NCBI GenBank assembly: GCA_049999805.1
Contig: JBNGIO010004818.1
Location: 1-62,092 of the forward strand
DNA from: Folioceros fuciformis
Lineage: Eukaryota
Length of the DNA: 62,092 bases
Direction of reading: 5' to 3'
Positions 44,433 to 60,700 of this stretch are shown in pieces; position 1 is the stretch's first letter; every line of letters starts with the position of its first letter. The notes beneath the pieces were generated by a model, which searched no databases, was not told the origin of the DNA, and saw nothing but the letters and a program-made list of their open reading frames with translations. The position numbers were made by a program, and so were the translations under genes.

Positions 44433-47400
44433 CTAGACAAGACACAATTGCTTGAATGACCCCGGGACCTTCAATCTTGCGCTTAGCTCTTTCAGCAAAC
44501 CATCTACCAAAGCGAATTGTTGGTGCCTCTTGTCTCCCACCAGGAATGTGTGCACCTCTTGCCTGTGCTCGATCCAGCTTTCCCCGGGCTCCTTCCAGGC
44601 CGCGGCTTTGTGTCTCATCTCGTCAACTTCCTTTGCCAGGTGAAACATGCCAGCATGGGCGTAGATGTTTGACATGAGCACATAGGCCGCCGCATGTTCT
44701 GGATCTGCGCCCACAGCACCGTCAAATGCCCGTCTTCCAAGGACCACGTTACCGTGCTTTTGACACGCGCCCAACAAACTAAGCCACACGCGCAGATCAG
44801 GCTCCATTGGCATTTCCAACAGCAAATCCTCAGCCTTCCTGAACAGTCCCGCTCGAGCCACGAGGTCCATAATGCAGACATAGTGCTCCACCTCGGCAGG
44901 AATGCCGTGATCTCTGTTCATGATTTCGAAGTACTCCAATCCCTTGTCCACCATCCCGGCATGACTGCACGCAGAAAGCAGGGCTATGAATGTGTATCTG
45001 TCTGGTTTCACAGCTGCCAGCTGCATGTCCTCGTAGCTTCTCAAGCTGTGCTCCACACCTCCATTGCGGGCATAGCCTCCGATCAGACCATTCCATGACA
45101 CCACATCGGGGTTAGAGAGTGAGTCGAAAACCTCCTGAGCCTCCAGCATGCTTCCGCATTTGCTAAACGCATGAACTAGACTATTCCCCACGAAAGGACT
45201 GTGCTTAAGCCCTCTCTCCAAAATAATGTGGTGGGTCTGCCGGCAGATATTCAATGCCCCTGTAGTGCCACAAGCTTCTAGTACAGCGAGAAATGTAGCC
45301 TCATTGGGCTCTATACCTTCTGTTGGCATCTGGGCATATAGTTGCAGAGCCCTCTCTCCTTGTCCCTGCTGCGCACATGCGGCAATGATTGCAGTCCATG
45401 AGACCACGTTACGCTGGGGTAATCTGTCAAAAACCTGCTCTGCATCCTTAATGCTTCCACACTTTGCATACATGCTGACCAAACTGCTACCGACGAAGAC
45501 ATCTGATTCAAAACCAATACTTGTAGCTCCTGCATGTATGCCCTTTCCCCTGAGCAGAGACTCCACTTTGATGTTTTGACCATCCACAAGTACACTGCTT
45601 TCTCGTTCCGCAACACTGCCACACGCTAGGAGAGCGGCCACAAACGTATGAGCATCAGGCCTGACCCGAGCCTCTCGCATCTGCTCAAAAATCTGCAGCC
45701 CTTCTTCGCCTTTGTCTTGATGAGCATACGCGGTGAGCATTGCTGTCCAAGACACTACATTCCGCTCAGTCAAACCATCAAACACCTGCTCTGCGCTCTT
45801 GATGCTCCCACATTTTCCATAGAGGTTAACCAAACTGGTCGCAATGAACATGTCTGACCCAAAACCTCTGCTAGCTGCTTCGGCATGCAATATCTTCCCC
45901 TTTTGTAGCATGCCCACCCTGACACTCTGCCCATCGAGCATTGTCGCCTCCTCCTTCTCGGACAGGATTCCATATGCTTGAAGAACACTGACAAATGTGC
46001 GGGCATCAGGTCTGACGCCTTCTGCTTGCATATCCCCGTAGGTCTGTAAGCACTCCTCACCTTGGTCCTGTAGAGTGTATGCAGCAAGCATTGCGTTCCA
46101 TGATACCCTGTCTCGGTGAGATAGTTCAAGAAACACGTGCTCTACATCCTTCATGCTCCCGCATTTTGCGTATATACTAACTAATGTGTTCCCTACAAAT
46201 GGATCTGATTCTAGACCCCTCCTAACAGTCTCTGCATGAATACTCTTACCCTTTTGCAAACACTCCACGTGCACATGTCTACCGTCCACAATGGCATGTC
46301 CATCTTTCTCAGCAAGAATGCCACAAGCCTGGAGAGCACTGACAAAGGTCCATGTATCTGGTCTGACCCCGTCCGCCTGCATTCTGTGATAAATCTGCAA
46401 GGCCTTTCGTCCTTGGTCATGCTGAGCATATGCTGCAATCATAGCAGTTGATGACACCACATCCCGTTGAGACAGCTTGTCAAACACCTGCTGTGCGTCT
46501 CTGATGCTGCCACACTTTATATACATGTTAACCAAAGTCCTACCGACAAATGCATATGAGTCGAGATTCATGCTTGCAGCTTCAGCATGAACTTCCTTCC
46601 CTATCTGAAGCGACTTCGTCTTCACATATGCCCCGTCCACATATGCACTTTCCTCTTGCTCTGCAATCACAGCACACGCTTGGAGAATGCTGCCCAAGGT
46701 CTGAGCATCTGGCATGACCCCTTCGTCTTGCATCTGCCGGAAAATTTGCAGTGCCTTTGCACCCTGTCCTTGCTGAGCGTATGCTGCAAGCATCACAGTC
46801 CATAAGACTACATCACGCTTGGACAATTGATGGAATACGTACTCAGCATCCATGATGCCCCCACACTTTGCATACATCCTAACCAAAGTGCTACCCACAT
46901 ATACGTCACTGACACAACCCCTCCCGGCAGCTTCAGCGTGAATGCGCTTGACGTTCTGCAGAAATCCCAATTTCACACTCTGTCCGTCAACAACGGCACT
47001 TTGTTCCTCCCCGGCAAGGACGCCACAAGCTTGAAGACCAGTGACACACGTCCAGGCGTTGGGCCTTACCCCTTCGTCTTGCATCCTCCAGTAGGTCTGC
47101 AACGCTTTTTGTCCTTGACCATGCTGGGCATATGCGGCAATCATGGTGGTCCATGACACAACATCTTGCTGGGACAAGTTCTCAAACACCTCTTCTGCAT
47201 CCACCATGCTCCCACAGCTGGAATACATGGTCACCAAGGTGCTACCAACAAATACATCTGAGTCATACCCATACCTCACAGCATCCGCATGGATACGCTT
47301 GCCCTGTTGTATATCTTCTAGCCTGCTGCAGGCCTGGAGTAGGCTGACGAACGTGTATTCGTCAGGATTCACACCTTCCTGCAGCATTTGGTCGTAGCAC

Positions 47401-48092
47401 AAGACTGCCTCCCGACAAAATCCAGCATTCATGTACCCTGAGATAATGGCTGTCCAAGAGTAGACAGTTCGACGTGCAAGGCTTCGAAATAATTGGAGTC
47501 CTTCAGCAAGGCCCCCACATTTCACCAATGTGGTGACCGCGAGATCATTTAAGAAGCTGGTTGAATACCGTCCATGTTTTGCGAAATGAGAATATATGAG
47601 CTTAGCCTCAGCAAGGGCCTTCTTCTTCATGCACAGCTGCAGCAGTATCTTATAGAGATGCACAGAAGGCACAATACCCTGCTGGTCCAAGCATTGCAGA
47701 GCGCCGAGTGCCTTGTCCAACAGTTCTTCCTTGCATAGGTTCTGTATTTGGAATGATATCCTGAAACACCCCGCACACCAAGCTACATATCAGTACAAAT
47801 CCATGTAAACCACATTGCGCTTTTGCCACAAAGCTAGATGCATGCAGGGGATAGGTTACCGCTCATTCTCTGAAGTGTCGGAGGCGAGGTCGTGAAAAGC
47901 CCTCACCTCAACGCGCAGCTGAGAATCCGGCAAGGATGGATGGAGAAGAATCCAAATAGGTCTGCAAGCATACTTCGCCCTCGTGTGCCTGAAGTCGGGA
48001 TGTCGTGGACAAACAAGCAACCACAACCTCATTGTCGACGCTGAAGGCTGGGTTCCCACAGCAGCCATTGCATTCACCCCGGTGGAAGGCAT
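44433..48092 (-). CDS. PLS-class PPR protein with E1/E2/E+ and no DYW deaminase (RNA-editing specificity factor)
   Basis: Exon 48092-47860 spliced in phase to 47760-44433. P-L-S triplets, HYVCIMDLVARAG, LLGACQKHG, YVLMSNIYA, PG box PGESWIE. Confidence 0.92.
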
Positions 48093-49665
48093 TACCGCCT
48101 GCTAGACTCTCATGCCCTCTCCCACAGCATCCAGCATGTGCTTCCGAGGTTACAAAAACGGCTTCCTTCGCCGAACGGTGACTGGCCAGGCATCAAACCT
48201 GGACGGAGATACTCAAACATCCCACGCTGCATAACGGAACAGCCCTTGCGTCTCCAGTCACGAATTGAGGACGGCACATGCAGCCAGCAAGCTTGCTGGA
48301 AAGGAGGAGTGAAGCACACCGCCATCTTGCGCACCTCCGACGACACCCCTTCCCTCACCACCCGCCTTGCTTCTCCACATCAAGGCCAAGCTCCTTAAAC
48401 AGAGCTGCTGATGGACGTTTGTGTAAAGCACCGTATTACAGAGTGGATCACGTTACGACAATCGTGCATGTCGAGTCAAGCCAGAGCAGGACGGCGAACA
48501 AGTTCAATGGGGCCATCACATCTTGAAGGTGAACCCGCCAACCTCACCCGTCACGCACCCTCCACATTGGTCAGAGATTAATCACCGTGCAGTGGCCGTG
48601 AACGAGCACTCGTGATACGAGAGGATCGAGACGGCATTAAGAACGCAAAATAGGCATCCCACCAGTCTGCTGGCTCTTGCAAGTCTTCTTCCTATACTGC
48701 TGCTACGACCTCGGAGTACTGGTACTGTTTGACGAGTGGCCAGCACCGGGGCACCACCCTGGAGGGGCTCGTCTTGAGCTCCGCCACGGCCACTGGGGAG
48801 GCTGCAACAGGAGCCCAACCGGGCAGCAGGGAAGCATAGAAAGCCATGGTCCAGCCAATGAGGCCCCGGCTCAGCTCATGGAGAGCATCAACATTCCACG
48901 ACACCTGCGGGGGTGCACCCTGGTGGGATTCTGGTGCACGTGAGCCAGGCGATGGGATTTGAAATTCGGAGCGTTGTATGGCAGCCTGGTGGCAACTTGC
49001 GCGGTAGACATACATGTTATGTAGAGTACACTTCGTGCGGACAGTGCATCATCAGCCCCCTATCGTGTCTCGGTAAGGGCAATAGATGCATACGTAACTA
49101 TCGGTAACTCATTTTGCATCATTATGAGGCTTTACGTGACATGAGGATACAAAAACGAGTGATACGGAGCGAGGAAAGACGGAAAAAGATGAGAGAGATC
49201 CAGGTAGCATTTGTAGGCCAAACACGTGGTGTGGACATGGACTGTACAGTACCTGGAACGCTATCTGGCGAGGAAGAGACCGGTAACTTGGATTTGTGGC
49301 GCTGGAGTAGCAGGGGGGCTAGGCCACAACGCCGGCCACTGCTTTTGCCCATCTCCAACGGTCCCACACCCTTCCTTGCAGACTGAGCGCAAAAATCCTC
49401 CTCGTCTCAACGCAATTTCTGTCAATCTCTCGCCAAAGCCACCCACAACATGATCCACTACCTCTCTGCTTGCCTCTTCCTGATCTTCATCCCAGTCTCT
49501 CTCTGGTCCATCCCTTGGGAGGCTGGAGGCCGGAGAGGAGGGATAGAAAGGCGGATCGGTGTCTACCCTGGGATTGTTTCCTGTGCGGGAGATTGGAAGC
49601 TTGAGTGCCTCGGAAGGGGAAAGGCGGGGCTGAGCAGGGCTGGGCTGGGCAGGAGGAGGTGAATC

Positions 49666-51738
<2,073 letters not shown>

Positions 51739-52451
51739 GATTTTGTAGAGGACCTTTGTTTTACTAAACTGGATGACCAACACCACTGATTCGTTGTTTG
51801 CACATTGATTCACCATTGAGGAAAGGTTGAAGGGTTTCGTGTGCACGTACCTCCCGGAATTGGTTTTGTAGGGTTGAGTGTTCCACCTAGATATCCAACA
51901 TGTCATGAACCAGTGCTTTACCAAGGGTTCGGGGTAAAGAGGAACCTCCCGGCCTGATTCGCATTTGCTTGGAGCCTTGAACAAACTTGGTACGAACGGA
52001 AAAAGCACAATTTCAAGACCCATGGCTGCCAAATCGTGCCTGATGCACATAGTAGAGCTGGGCCCGGCGTGATATTCATTACAGCTTCAGCTTGAATGCC
52101 CCAACTGAACCTTGGCACCCAGTGCAAGCTCGATCAGGAAAGTCTGGAAGCCAAGATCGTGTAGGGAATATTTCGTGCGTCAGGAACGTATTAAGATTGT
52201 AAGCTTAAGTTGTTGTCTGGCAGTGGAGGCTACAGGGGTGGACCGTACTGGGCACATACAGTTCATGTTGCAAAAACGGTGGAGCAAACTATCACGCCTC
52301 AGGTGTGAAGCACGTTACCGTGTGGTTGCAGTGCAGCTCCGGGCACACGGCGACAATCATGTGTTTAAATGTGTGGCTTACTTACTAAGCACAACCCATG
52401 AAGCTCCACCTGACCACCGGACTAGCTAGCACTGAGCAGCACCACACCAAG

Positions 52452-54387
52452 ATGGCGCGTCCGTTACTTGCAATATGCTTGATTCTAGTAGCATGCTGGT
52501 GCTGGTCAATGGTGGCCAGTGCTACGCACGAGAAGAAATCGGGATCCGCTGCCGGGAATGCTACTGCTAAGGTACTGACGATTGCTCTGATAATTGGGTT
52601 TACGTCAGTGGTGCAATCCAGGCAACTGAATCATGTAGTGCAGGTGCAGCAAGGTACAATTAAAGACGTTTGCCTGTGCGCAGTGGGAGAACCATGGTGC
52701 CAACATCCTGAACTGGCGGAACCAGGTGGAGGAGAGGAGGATATCCCCGTCCACAGTGGGAAACCTCAGGCTCCAGTGGGTGTTCGAAACGCAAGGGGAC
52801 GTGACAGCCACGCCTTCCGTTGCCGACGGAGTTGTCTACTTCCCAAGCTGGGATGGCAATCTATACGCAGTTGACGAATTCTCGGGGGACCTTCAATGGT
52901 CCGTCAATCTCACAGAGACCTTGGGTAGGTGGTCGTCGAAGCATTGGGCCCGTGGATCGCTTCGAGTCCGACTCTTCCTTCCTTGCGGCCTGTTCTGAAG
53001 TACTTGCTAATGAAAGCTTATTGCAGGGGGCTTGGCCAGAGCCACACCCACCATCTGCGGCAAGTACCTGCTTGTAGGCATCTCCGGCCCTGCGATTGTT
53101 GCCGCCTTCGACAGGGAGAGCGGCAGCCTCCTGTGGGACGTGGAGGTGGAGAGCGCACCCCTGGCGATCATCACCATGTCGGGGACATGCTACGAGAAGT
53201 ACGCTTACCTGCATACTGTCACGGATCGTTCTGGACAAGGCTACCTTAGCATGGAATGATGGATAAACGATGAATGCTCTGCTGCTCTAAAGGCCTGCGC
53301 GTTGCAACCTGGTGCGTGTGCGTCCCGCAGGTACTACTACGTGGGAACATCGTCCAACCAAGAAGTGGCGGCCGTGCCTCCCCTCTGCTGCACCTTCATA
53401 GGCAGCGTCCTCAAGATGGAGATCGCCACGGGAGCAGTGATCTGGAAGACGTTGATGCTCCCGGACAACGGCGGGCAGCAAGGGCTGTACTCGGGCGCGG
53501 CGGTGTGGGGGAGCAGCCCCCCGATCGACGTCGGACGCCGCCTTCTCCTGGTGGGCACGGGCAATCTGTACTCCGCCCCGGCCAACGTCACGGCCTGCGA
53601 GGAGGCCCAGCAGGAGCTCCCGGAGCCCGAGGTCCCCGACCCGTGTATCGAGCCGGAGAACAGAGCCAACGCGATCGTGGCCCTGCACCTGGACGACGGC
53701 ACCTTCGTGTGGCACACGGTGCTGGGCGGATACAGCGCCTGGACGTACGCGTGCCTGGTCCCCGGCAATCCCAACTGCCCTGCCGGCCCCGGGACCGACT
53801 ACGACTTCGGGGAGGCTCCCCTGCTCATCTCGCCTTCCGGGCGAGACCTGGCCGTGGTGGGCCAGAAGAGCGGGACGGTGTGGGCGCTGGACCGGGACAC
53901 CGGCGCCGTGGTCTGGGGCACAGCAGCGGCTCCTGGAGGCGTCACGGGAGGCGCCATTTGGGGATGCGCCACCGACGGCCTCCACACCGTCTTCAGCAAC
54001 ATGGTGAACACCGCGCGGCTGGACTGGACGCTTTCGTCCGGCGAGGTGATCAACTACGGAGGCTGGGTCGCCCTGGACGCCCTCGACGGCTCCATTCTCT
54101 GGTCCGTTGGTGACTACGCACGCAACTGGACCGACGGCCCTCCCTCCTACGCCAACGGTGTGCTCTTCACCACCTCGGCCGAGCCGTCCGGCTCCGTCTT
54201 CGCGCTCGATGCCGCGTCCGGTGCTCTGCTCTGGCGCTCCGACCTCCCCGACTCCAGCATCTACGGCGGCTTCTCCATCGCCGACAGCTGCGTCTTCTGC
54301 GGCGAAGGCTACTCCAGGTTCCAGCAATTCGGGCTCACTCCGGGCAACAAGGCCTTCGCCTTCTGCCTGCCCCATCATGAAACTTAG
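52452..54387 (+). CDS. Secreted PQQ-binding-like beta-propeller protein (polyvinyl-alcohol dehydrogenase-like), 4 exons
   Basis: Signal peptide; W..HG..N.R, GDVTATP, repeated A-L-D-x-x-G-x-x-x-W propeller motifs, CCTF, GAAVWGSSP, DYDFGEAP, GQKSG.VWALD. Confidence 0.85.
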
Positions 54388-54778
54388 AATGAACGCTCTT
54401 TTCGACGAATTAGTACGTGCACAACTCATGTACCCGATATCGTAATGCTTCCTCAATGGATTTCCCTCAGCCCCATCTGCGGAGAGAGAGAGCCACAAGG
54501 GAGATCGAACCATGGCCACGTCTGTGATACGGACGTGGGCCGACCATGAGGCCGGGTTTAATGAAAGACAAGTTGTGCCACAAGTTTCAGCATTATCATA
54601 ATCAAGTCTGGTCGGTAGGATGGACATTTAGGAGAAGGATGTCCGGACCCTGGAGGACCTCGTGTTGTGCAGTGCCGACCAGTTTGAAACAGAGTCAGAA
54701 CAAATTCAGGAATACGTACAATACGTCTTTACAAATTACATGGTAGGATGCACTCGTACATCCATTGCGGTAGGAAGC

Positions 54779-57700
54779 TCATCGCCGTTGGAAGTTGATC
54801 TTCTTAGTGGCAAACAGAAACAAAGAAGCAAATAATACGGGGAAGGCGAGTACCACGACGCCCACGACGGGAAGGAAGGATTTCTCGAATCCAAACCTGT
54901 CCTTCAAAAACTTGTTCACTTGAATTTCTCCTCCAGTGGGCACGCTCACTGTTTTCTCCACATCTGAATACTGCGAAGTGAAGAGCCCCGTAACTGTCCA
55001 TCCGGTCGGACAGATCCAGTACAGCCAGAGCCACCACGGAGGGATTTTCTGCGTGGCCGAGGAGTCGGTTAGACATTATGTGTGCTGGAGGTTCAAGTGC
55101 AGAAAGAACGAAAAGTGTAAAGTGAGCGAGTCGCAGAAGAGCAAGGGCAGGGCCAGCAACTTACCGGTCTGGGAATGATGAAGCCAGAGAAGAGATTGAA
55201 GATGAAGTAGAAGGAAGATGACACAATGGCGGCCAGTTGAAGGTTTGGGGTGATGGCCACCATCATCATGCCGTAGAATGTGAAGGACATGAAGGTGCAG
55301 AAGGTGATGTACAGGTACCATATAAACTTAGAAGCAACCCAGAAGTACCCGATCAGGGAGTAGGCGATGACAGTGTGGGACACGGACTGGTACATGATGA
55401 ATGGAATCTCGATGAGCACCTGGAAAGATCACGGGACGATGCGCGAGATGGGGCCAAGCTCAGCGATGAAGACGGGGTATGCTTGTCAAGCACGAGACGA
55501 GGATGCGCTACGTTACCTGGGAAAGCGCATATGCCATGGGAGAGTAGAGTCCAGCTCCGCGTTCGCGATAGAACACAGACCGCTCCACTGAGACCTGCGG
55601 TTGCACGCTCAGAGCGTTGTTGATCCCCATGAACGTCGTGCCTCCGAAGATGGCACCCATGACGTTGAGAAGGTCCTGCTGTGAGTCTCTGGAGCACCGG
55701 ATTACAAGGTCAGTGTCGGCAACCATACTTTGCACACACCTGCACAACAGAATGGTTCTCTCCATACGACAGCTGATCCAGCGAAGTTTCCTGCCTGAGG
55801 TAGGCGAAGACAGTTGGATAGCTTACATAGACTTGCCCACTTGTAAGAAGATTGTGCCCAGCAGCACTGATGCGAAAAATGTGAATGCAAATCGCGCGAG
55901 GTTATAGCCTGGGCTGCGCCAGTACGACCACATCTGCTTCCACAAGCAGGTCTGTAGCTGATCGAAGAAGGGCAGACTATATCTTGTTGGAAAGTAGAGA
56001 TCCTGGGCACCTGGGGGGGGTACGCTAAATTTCTTCACCAGTGCCTCTGTTTGCCTGTAGCCCAACCACGCAACTCAAGATCAGCTAGCTAGGCATTCCA
56101 AGCATATCACGGATTCTAAGCAAAATGGAGGAACGTCAACAGGGATAGCCTTCAGACTGAATCATGGCTACGTACTTGTACAGTGATGACCTTTCGTAGA
56201 TCTCGGCAAAGTCCACTCCTAGACTACCTTCAGCAGCAAGGGAAGAGACTTCCAGCATCCAGGTCGCGGGGTTCGTTCCCTCTTTCATCTTCTGTATTCC
56301 AGGAATTGCCTGAGCAGGAGTGGGACACAGAGAGATGCAAGAAACGTACAAGCCCATCAGAAGGGGACCGGAAAAATTCTCAAGCACATAGTCACTCATT
56401 GTCAAACAGACCTCAAAGTACTCGATGAGCTTCTCGGAGTTACGTCCCAGTGGCCCTCCGTATATCACATGACCACCACGCTTCAAGAGCAAAAGCTGCA
56501 TGGGCAAGAGAAAACCATCAATTGAGAATGTTATGCGACGACAGTGCATGGATATCACGAAAGATATTCTTCGCGAAGTTCCAGGCACGCTCCCCTGATG
56601 CAGCACGAAGGGGAGGTGCCAAGACGAGTTTACCTCGTCAAAGGCTTCAAAGATGTCAATGCTGGGTTGGTGGATGGTGCAAACCACAGTCCTCCCAGTG
56701 TCAACAGTGTTCCGGACTGCACGCATGACCACCGCTGCTGCTCTGGCATCCAGACCAGATGTAGGTTCATCCATGAAGATAATGGCAGGGTTCGCAACTA
56801 GCTCCACCGCAATCGTCAATCTCTTTCTCTGCTCCGTGGACAGTCCAGACACTCCAGGGAGACCCACCAGCGCATCTCGCAATGGTGTGAGCTCTACCAG
56901 CTCCATAACCTCTTCCACGAAAGCCTGAAGGCATGAAGCAACGAGCTTAATTCTTCGGATAGTACTTGCCAATCGCAGTTCGTTCTAGGGAGTTGTTTTA
57001 CGAGCCCAAGGGGGAATGAGACATCTAGGAAACACCATGCAAATCCGAGCTTGGGATTGAATCTCATCATACGGCAACTCATGCTGCAAATGGAACAAGA
57101 AAGGGTTCCGATTCTTGAACCACGAGGTACGAGAAGATAAATTTTCAAACTTACCATTTTGGTTTCTTGAGGGATGTCGTGAGAGAGGCGCAGCCAGGCG
57201 GAAAAGATCAGTGACTCGTGCACTGTAACCTGAGGAGAATGTATGTCAAACTGTTCACAATATCCGGATACTCGGGCAAAGGTATCCTGATTCTTCACAA
57301 ACCCTGATATGCGAACTTCTCCATCAATATATCCCCCTGTTTTCCTCCCCGCCAGCACATCCATAAGGGTGGTCTTCCCAGCTCCGCTTACTCCCATCAG
57401 CGCAGTCAAGGTGCCGGGCCTAAAAACTCCATTGATATCGTGAAGAAGTTCCAGTGTGTCCTCATTGATGCCCTGTTGTCTCATTTCCTGAAACAGAGAT
57501 GACAACACGAAGTTGTTGACACCATGCCGCAGTAGTTTCACAGAACGTCTGATGATGTCAGTCAGCTTAACTGCGGTAATCGGTCCATACCGGCGGCATG
57601 TCCACAGAGTAGCAAACACTGTCGAAAGACATGGCCAATGGTGTGAATGGCAAGACCTGCCCTTGCTTCTGAGCAAGGACAGAGGCCTCCACGACAGTGT

Positions 57701-60700
57701 CTCGATGGTGCACTGACCCTGACCTGGATGTTGACCTTTCCACTTTCTCGCTTGCATACAGACCTGCGAGAATGCAGTCGGAAGCATTCCAGTCGACCTT
57801 GCGCCCGTAAATAAGCGCAAAAGCTTCATGAGGGACCCAAGGACTTACCAGTTCCATTCGCAAGTGGGGCCTCCGCATCTGATAATTCTCCATTTCCCTT
57901 GTCATCCTCCTCCTCTTCCGATATTGTGGCCTGTGCTTTGTTAAGCGCTATGGGAAAGAAACACAAAGGTTGTTGAGCAGATGGGGACACATCCGACGAA
58001 ACCTAGAACACAATACTGATGAGTGCTGCAAGCTCATCTCAAGCGAGGTTTCAGAAAGGAATTGCACTTACGGTGCAGATAGGTGAGTGCAAGCGTGTAT
58101 ACTGTGTTGAAAAAAATGATGAAACCAACAAGAGCAGCAACTGAGATCCAGTACCAGTAGTCTTTGGACCAAAGCCCACGACTCTCCAGTAAAACCACAC
58201 CAAGCGGCTTCGTCTCCCCAGTGGCCTGTTGGTTGGAACAGCACCGTACAGTTAGCTCCACAACATTTGAATGTACCTTCCCAGAACACTTCCTGAGTAT
58301 GCAATAAGACCTAATCACACACCGTTGTCGCATTTCGTTTCATCCACTGTGGAGACAGCAGCTCATTGACCGACAGGGCGGTCTCAACATACGCGAGAGG
58401 GGAACACCAGTAGGCCCAAATCCACCAGTGAGGTATATTCGCTGTACGGCGATACAAACATTCGGAAGCTTAGTAAAAACGTGACCAAAAGAACAGTCGG
58501 TTCCGGAAGGATTTCATAACCTCGAGCTTGCACACATACGTCTGGGAATGATGAATCCTCCGCAGGTAAGAATGATCATCAACGCCACGAAGCCTGCAGT
58601 ATTGGCCACGACCATACTTCGGGAAAGAGCGGCTACTGAACGGAAGACTGACGCAGATGTCGTATGCTCCAAGAAGAAAGCGAGGAACTGCTTGAAGAAC
58701 CTGAAAGCAAATCATAGACATGAACCCGTTACAAGCAATGCCCCGACAAGACCAGAAGACCCAATTTATCCAGTATCATGATAGAATCTCAGCAGTACCG
58801 GCTGGCTTCGGGTGAATAGCCCACGAGGAAGTAGGTGATCGCTGTGAACAAAAACGACTCAAACAGGGACAGGGGGATCCTGAGAAGGATGGATGGAATC
58901 GCATACGCCCAAGCAGGATACAACTTGAGATCACGCTGCTTGAAGAAGACTGGAAGTCGGGCCATGGTAAGGGACACCTCGGCCGTTCCGTTGAACATGA
59001 CAACCACGAGGCCATAGAACAATGCAAGAAGATATATTTGGCCGTCTGGTAAGTTGTCAGGATCCATGCGAGTTCTGGTGAAAACCGTTCCAGTGACAAT
59101 CGCTACAATAAAGATCTGCCCACATGATCGACACAGATGTATCAGTCTTCCTCAGATGCCAGAATTCATGATCAATCGCACTGCAAAGAGTGAAAACCCA
59201 CCTGCATGCCCTTCACCACGTACACTACTCCGCTACGCTTCATCAGGAGCATTTCCTTCTTCCAATTTGCTTTCAGAAGCTCCCACTTGGAGATGCTGTA
59301 CTTCTCCACAGCAAGCGCAGGCAGATCACTAACTGGTTTATCAAATCTGCTGTCCAGCCGAGCTGCTAGTCCCCGACCCACGTGGAACTGTTGGAACTTG
59401 TCCCCGAACGCTTTCGGTGAGACATAATGATAAGCTCGCCGCTGGCTGTACCAATACTGCTGTTGGTCTTTCTTCGAGATCACCTGCCAGTCATGCACGT
59501 GCAGGTAACTGCTGAATCTGGGCTGTTCTGCTGTGAAGCAAATCTGGGCACCTATCCTAGCAACAGTCGATTTCTACCTCTTGCAAGAAGTCAGCAACGC
59601 CCTTCCTCTTGGGACACCTGAAGCCGCAGTGCTCAAAGAAAGGCAGCACATATTCGCGGGGACCGTGATATACAATCTGGCCTTCTGCGAGGAGTATGAT
59701 ATCGTCGAACAATTCGTAAGTCTCGGGGGGTGGCTGTAACAGCGATATGACAACAGTGGCGTTCAAAATGTGCACAAATTGCTGAAGGCATTTCACAATC
59801 TGGAAGGTTGTTGAGCTGTCCAGGCCAGTTGATATCTCGTCCATAAACAGAGTTTTGGTAGGGCCGACAATCATTTCTCCTGAACAACGCAAGCAGTTGT
59901 ACAGTTAGTCGAGTAGGTCCTGCAATTGAGTCCTGCAACCCTGCACTCCTGCTCGGGCCAGAAATTCGACTGTACCAGTAGTGACTCGTTTTTTCTGCCC
60001 GCCAGAGATGCCTCTTTTCAGATTGTCTCCGATCATGATATCTGCACAGACATCGAGGCCCAGAATCTGCACAAGGCTAAAGTTGTAAGGATCAACCCTT
60101 GGACGACAGATGGCAGCGACAGAGGAAAACTGTCCATCACTAACCTTCAGAGTATAATCCGTGATAATACTACTTTTCACTCCTTCAATTGCAGTAGCCT
60201 ACAAGCCGGACAAGATCAGGCGGTGTTACTGAGGAGGAGGAATCTTTCATTCCTTCCCCCCACAGACTAGTGATACTCTCTGAAACTAAGCAAGCCTCAG
60301 GTTCATCCTGTTCAAACTGCAACAAGTGCACCAAGACTGACTGACCTTCAGGTACAAGTCAATGTCCGCATCGTCAGGCAAAATGCCTGCTTCTTTCTCC
60401 TTCCGGAGAAGCTCGGTGAGAATCCCTGTTTTGAGAGGAGATAGTATTCGACTGTCAAACGTAAGATATCCTCCCGGAAATCCAAGACACCGAGAAGAAG
60501 CGAAGGGAATGCCAGCGGAGCCCAGTGATCGACTGGTCCTTGAGACTCACCATACTTGGACCCGACACCTTGACACCAGGCCGAGAAGTCGAGAGTTTCT
60601 CGCACAGTCATGTCTGCAATATGGAGGTCGGTCTGACCGATGTAAGCTGAGGTCTTCTGAGGAACGAACTGGGACAAGTCAGTTCCATTGTACGTCACCT

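Noticed and set aside
48500-49660. Short ORFs between the PPR gene and GAPB
   Set aside because: No recognisable motifs or consistent exon structure; likely divergent promoter/UTR.
53287-54627. 446-aa antisense ORF and other long overlapping ORFs (e.g. 43366-44055, 22825-23433)
   Set aside because: Shadows of GC3-rich or low-complexity coding sequence on the other strand.
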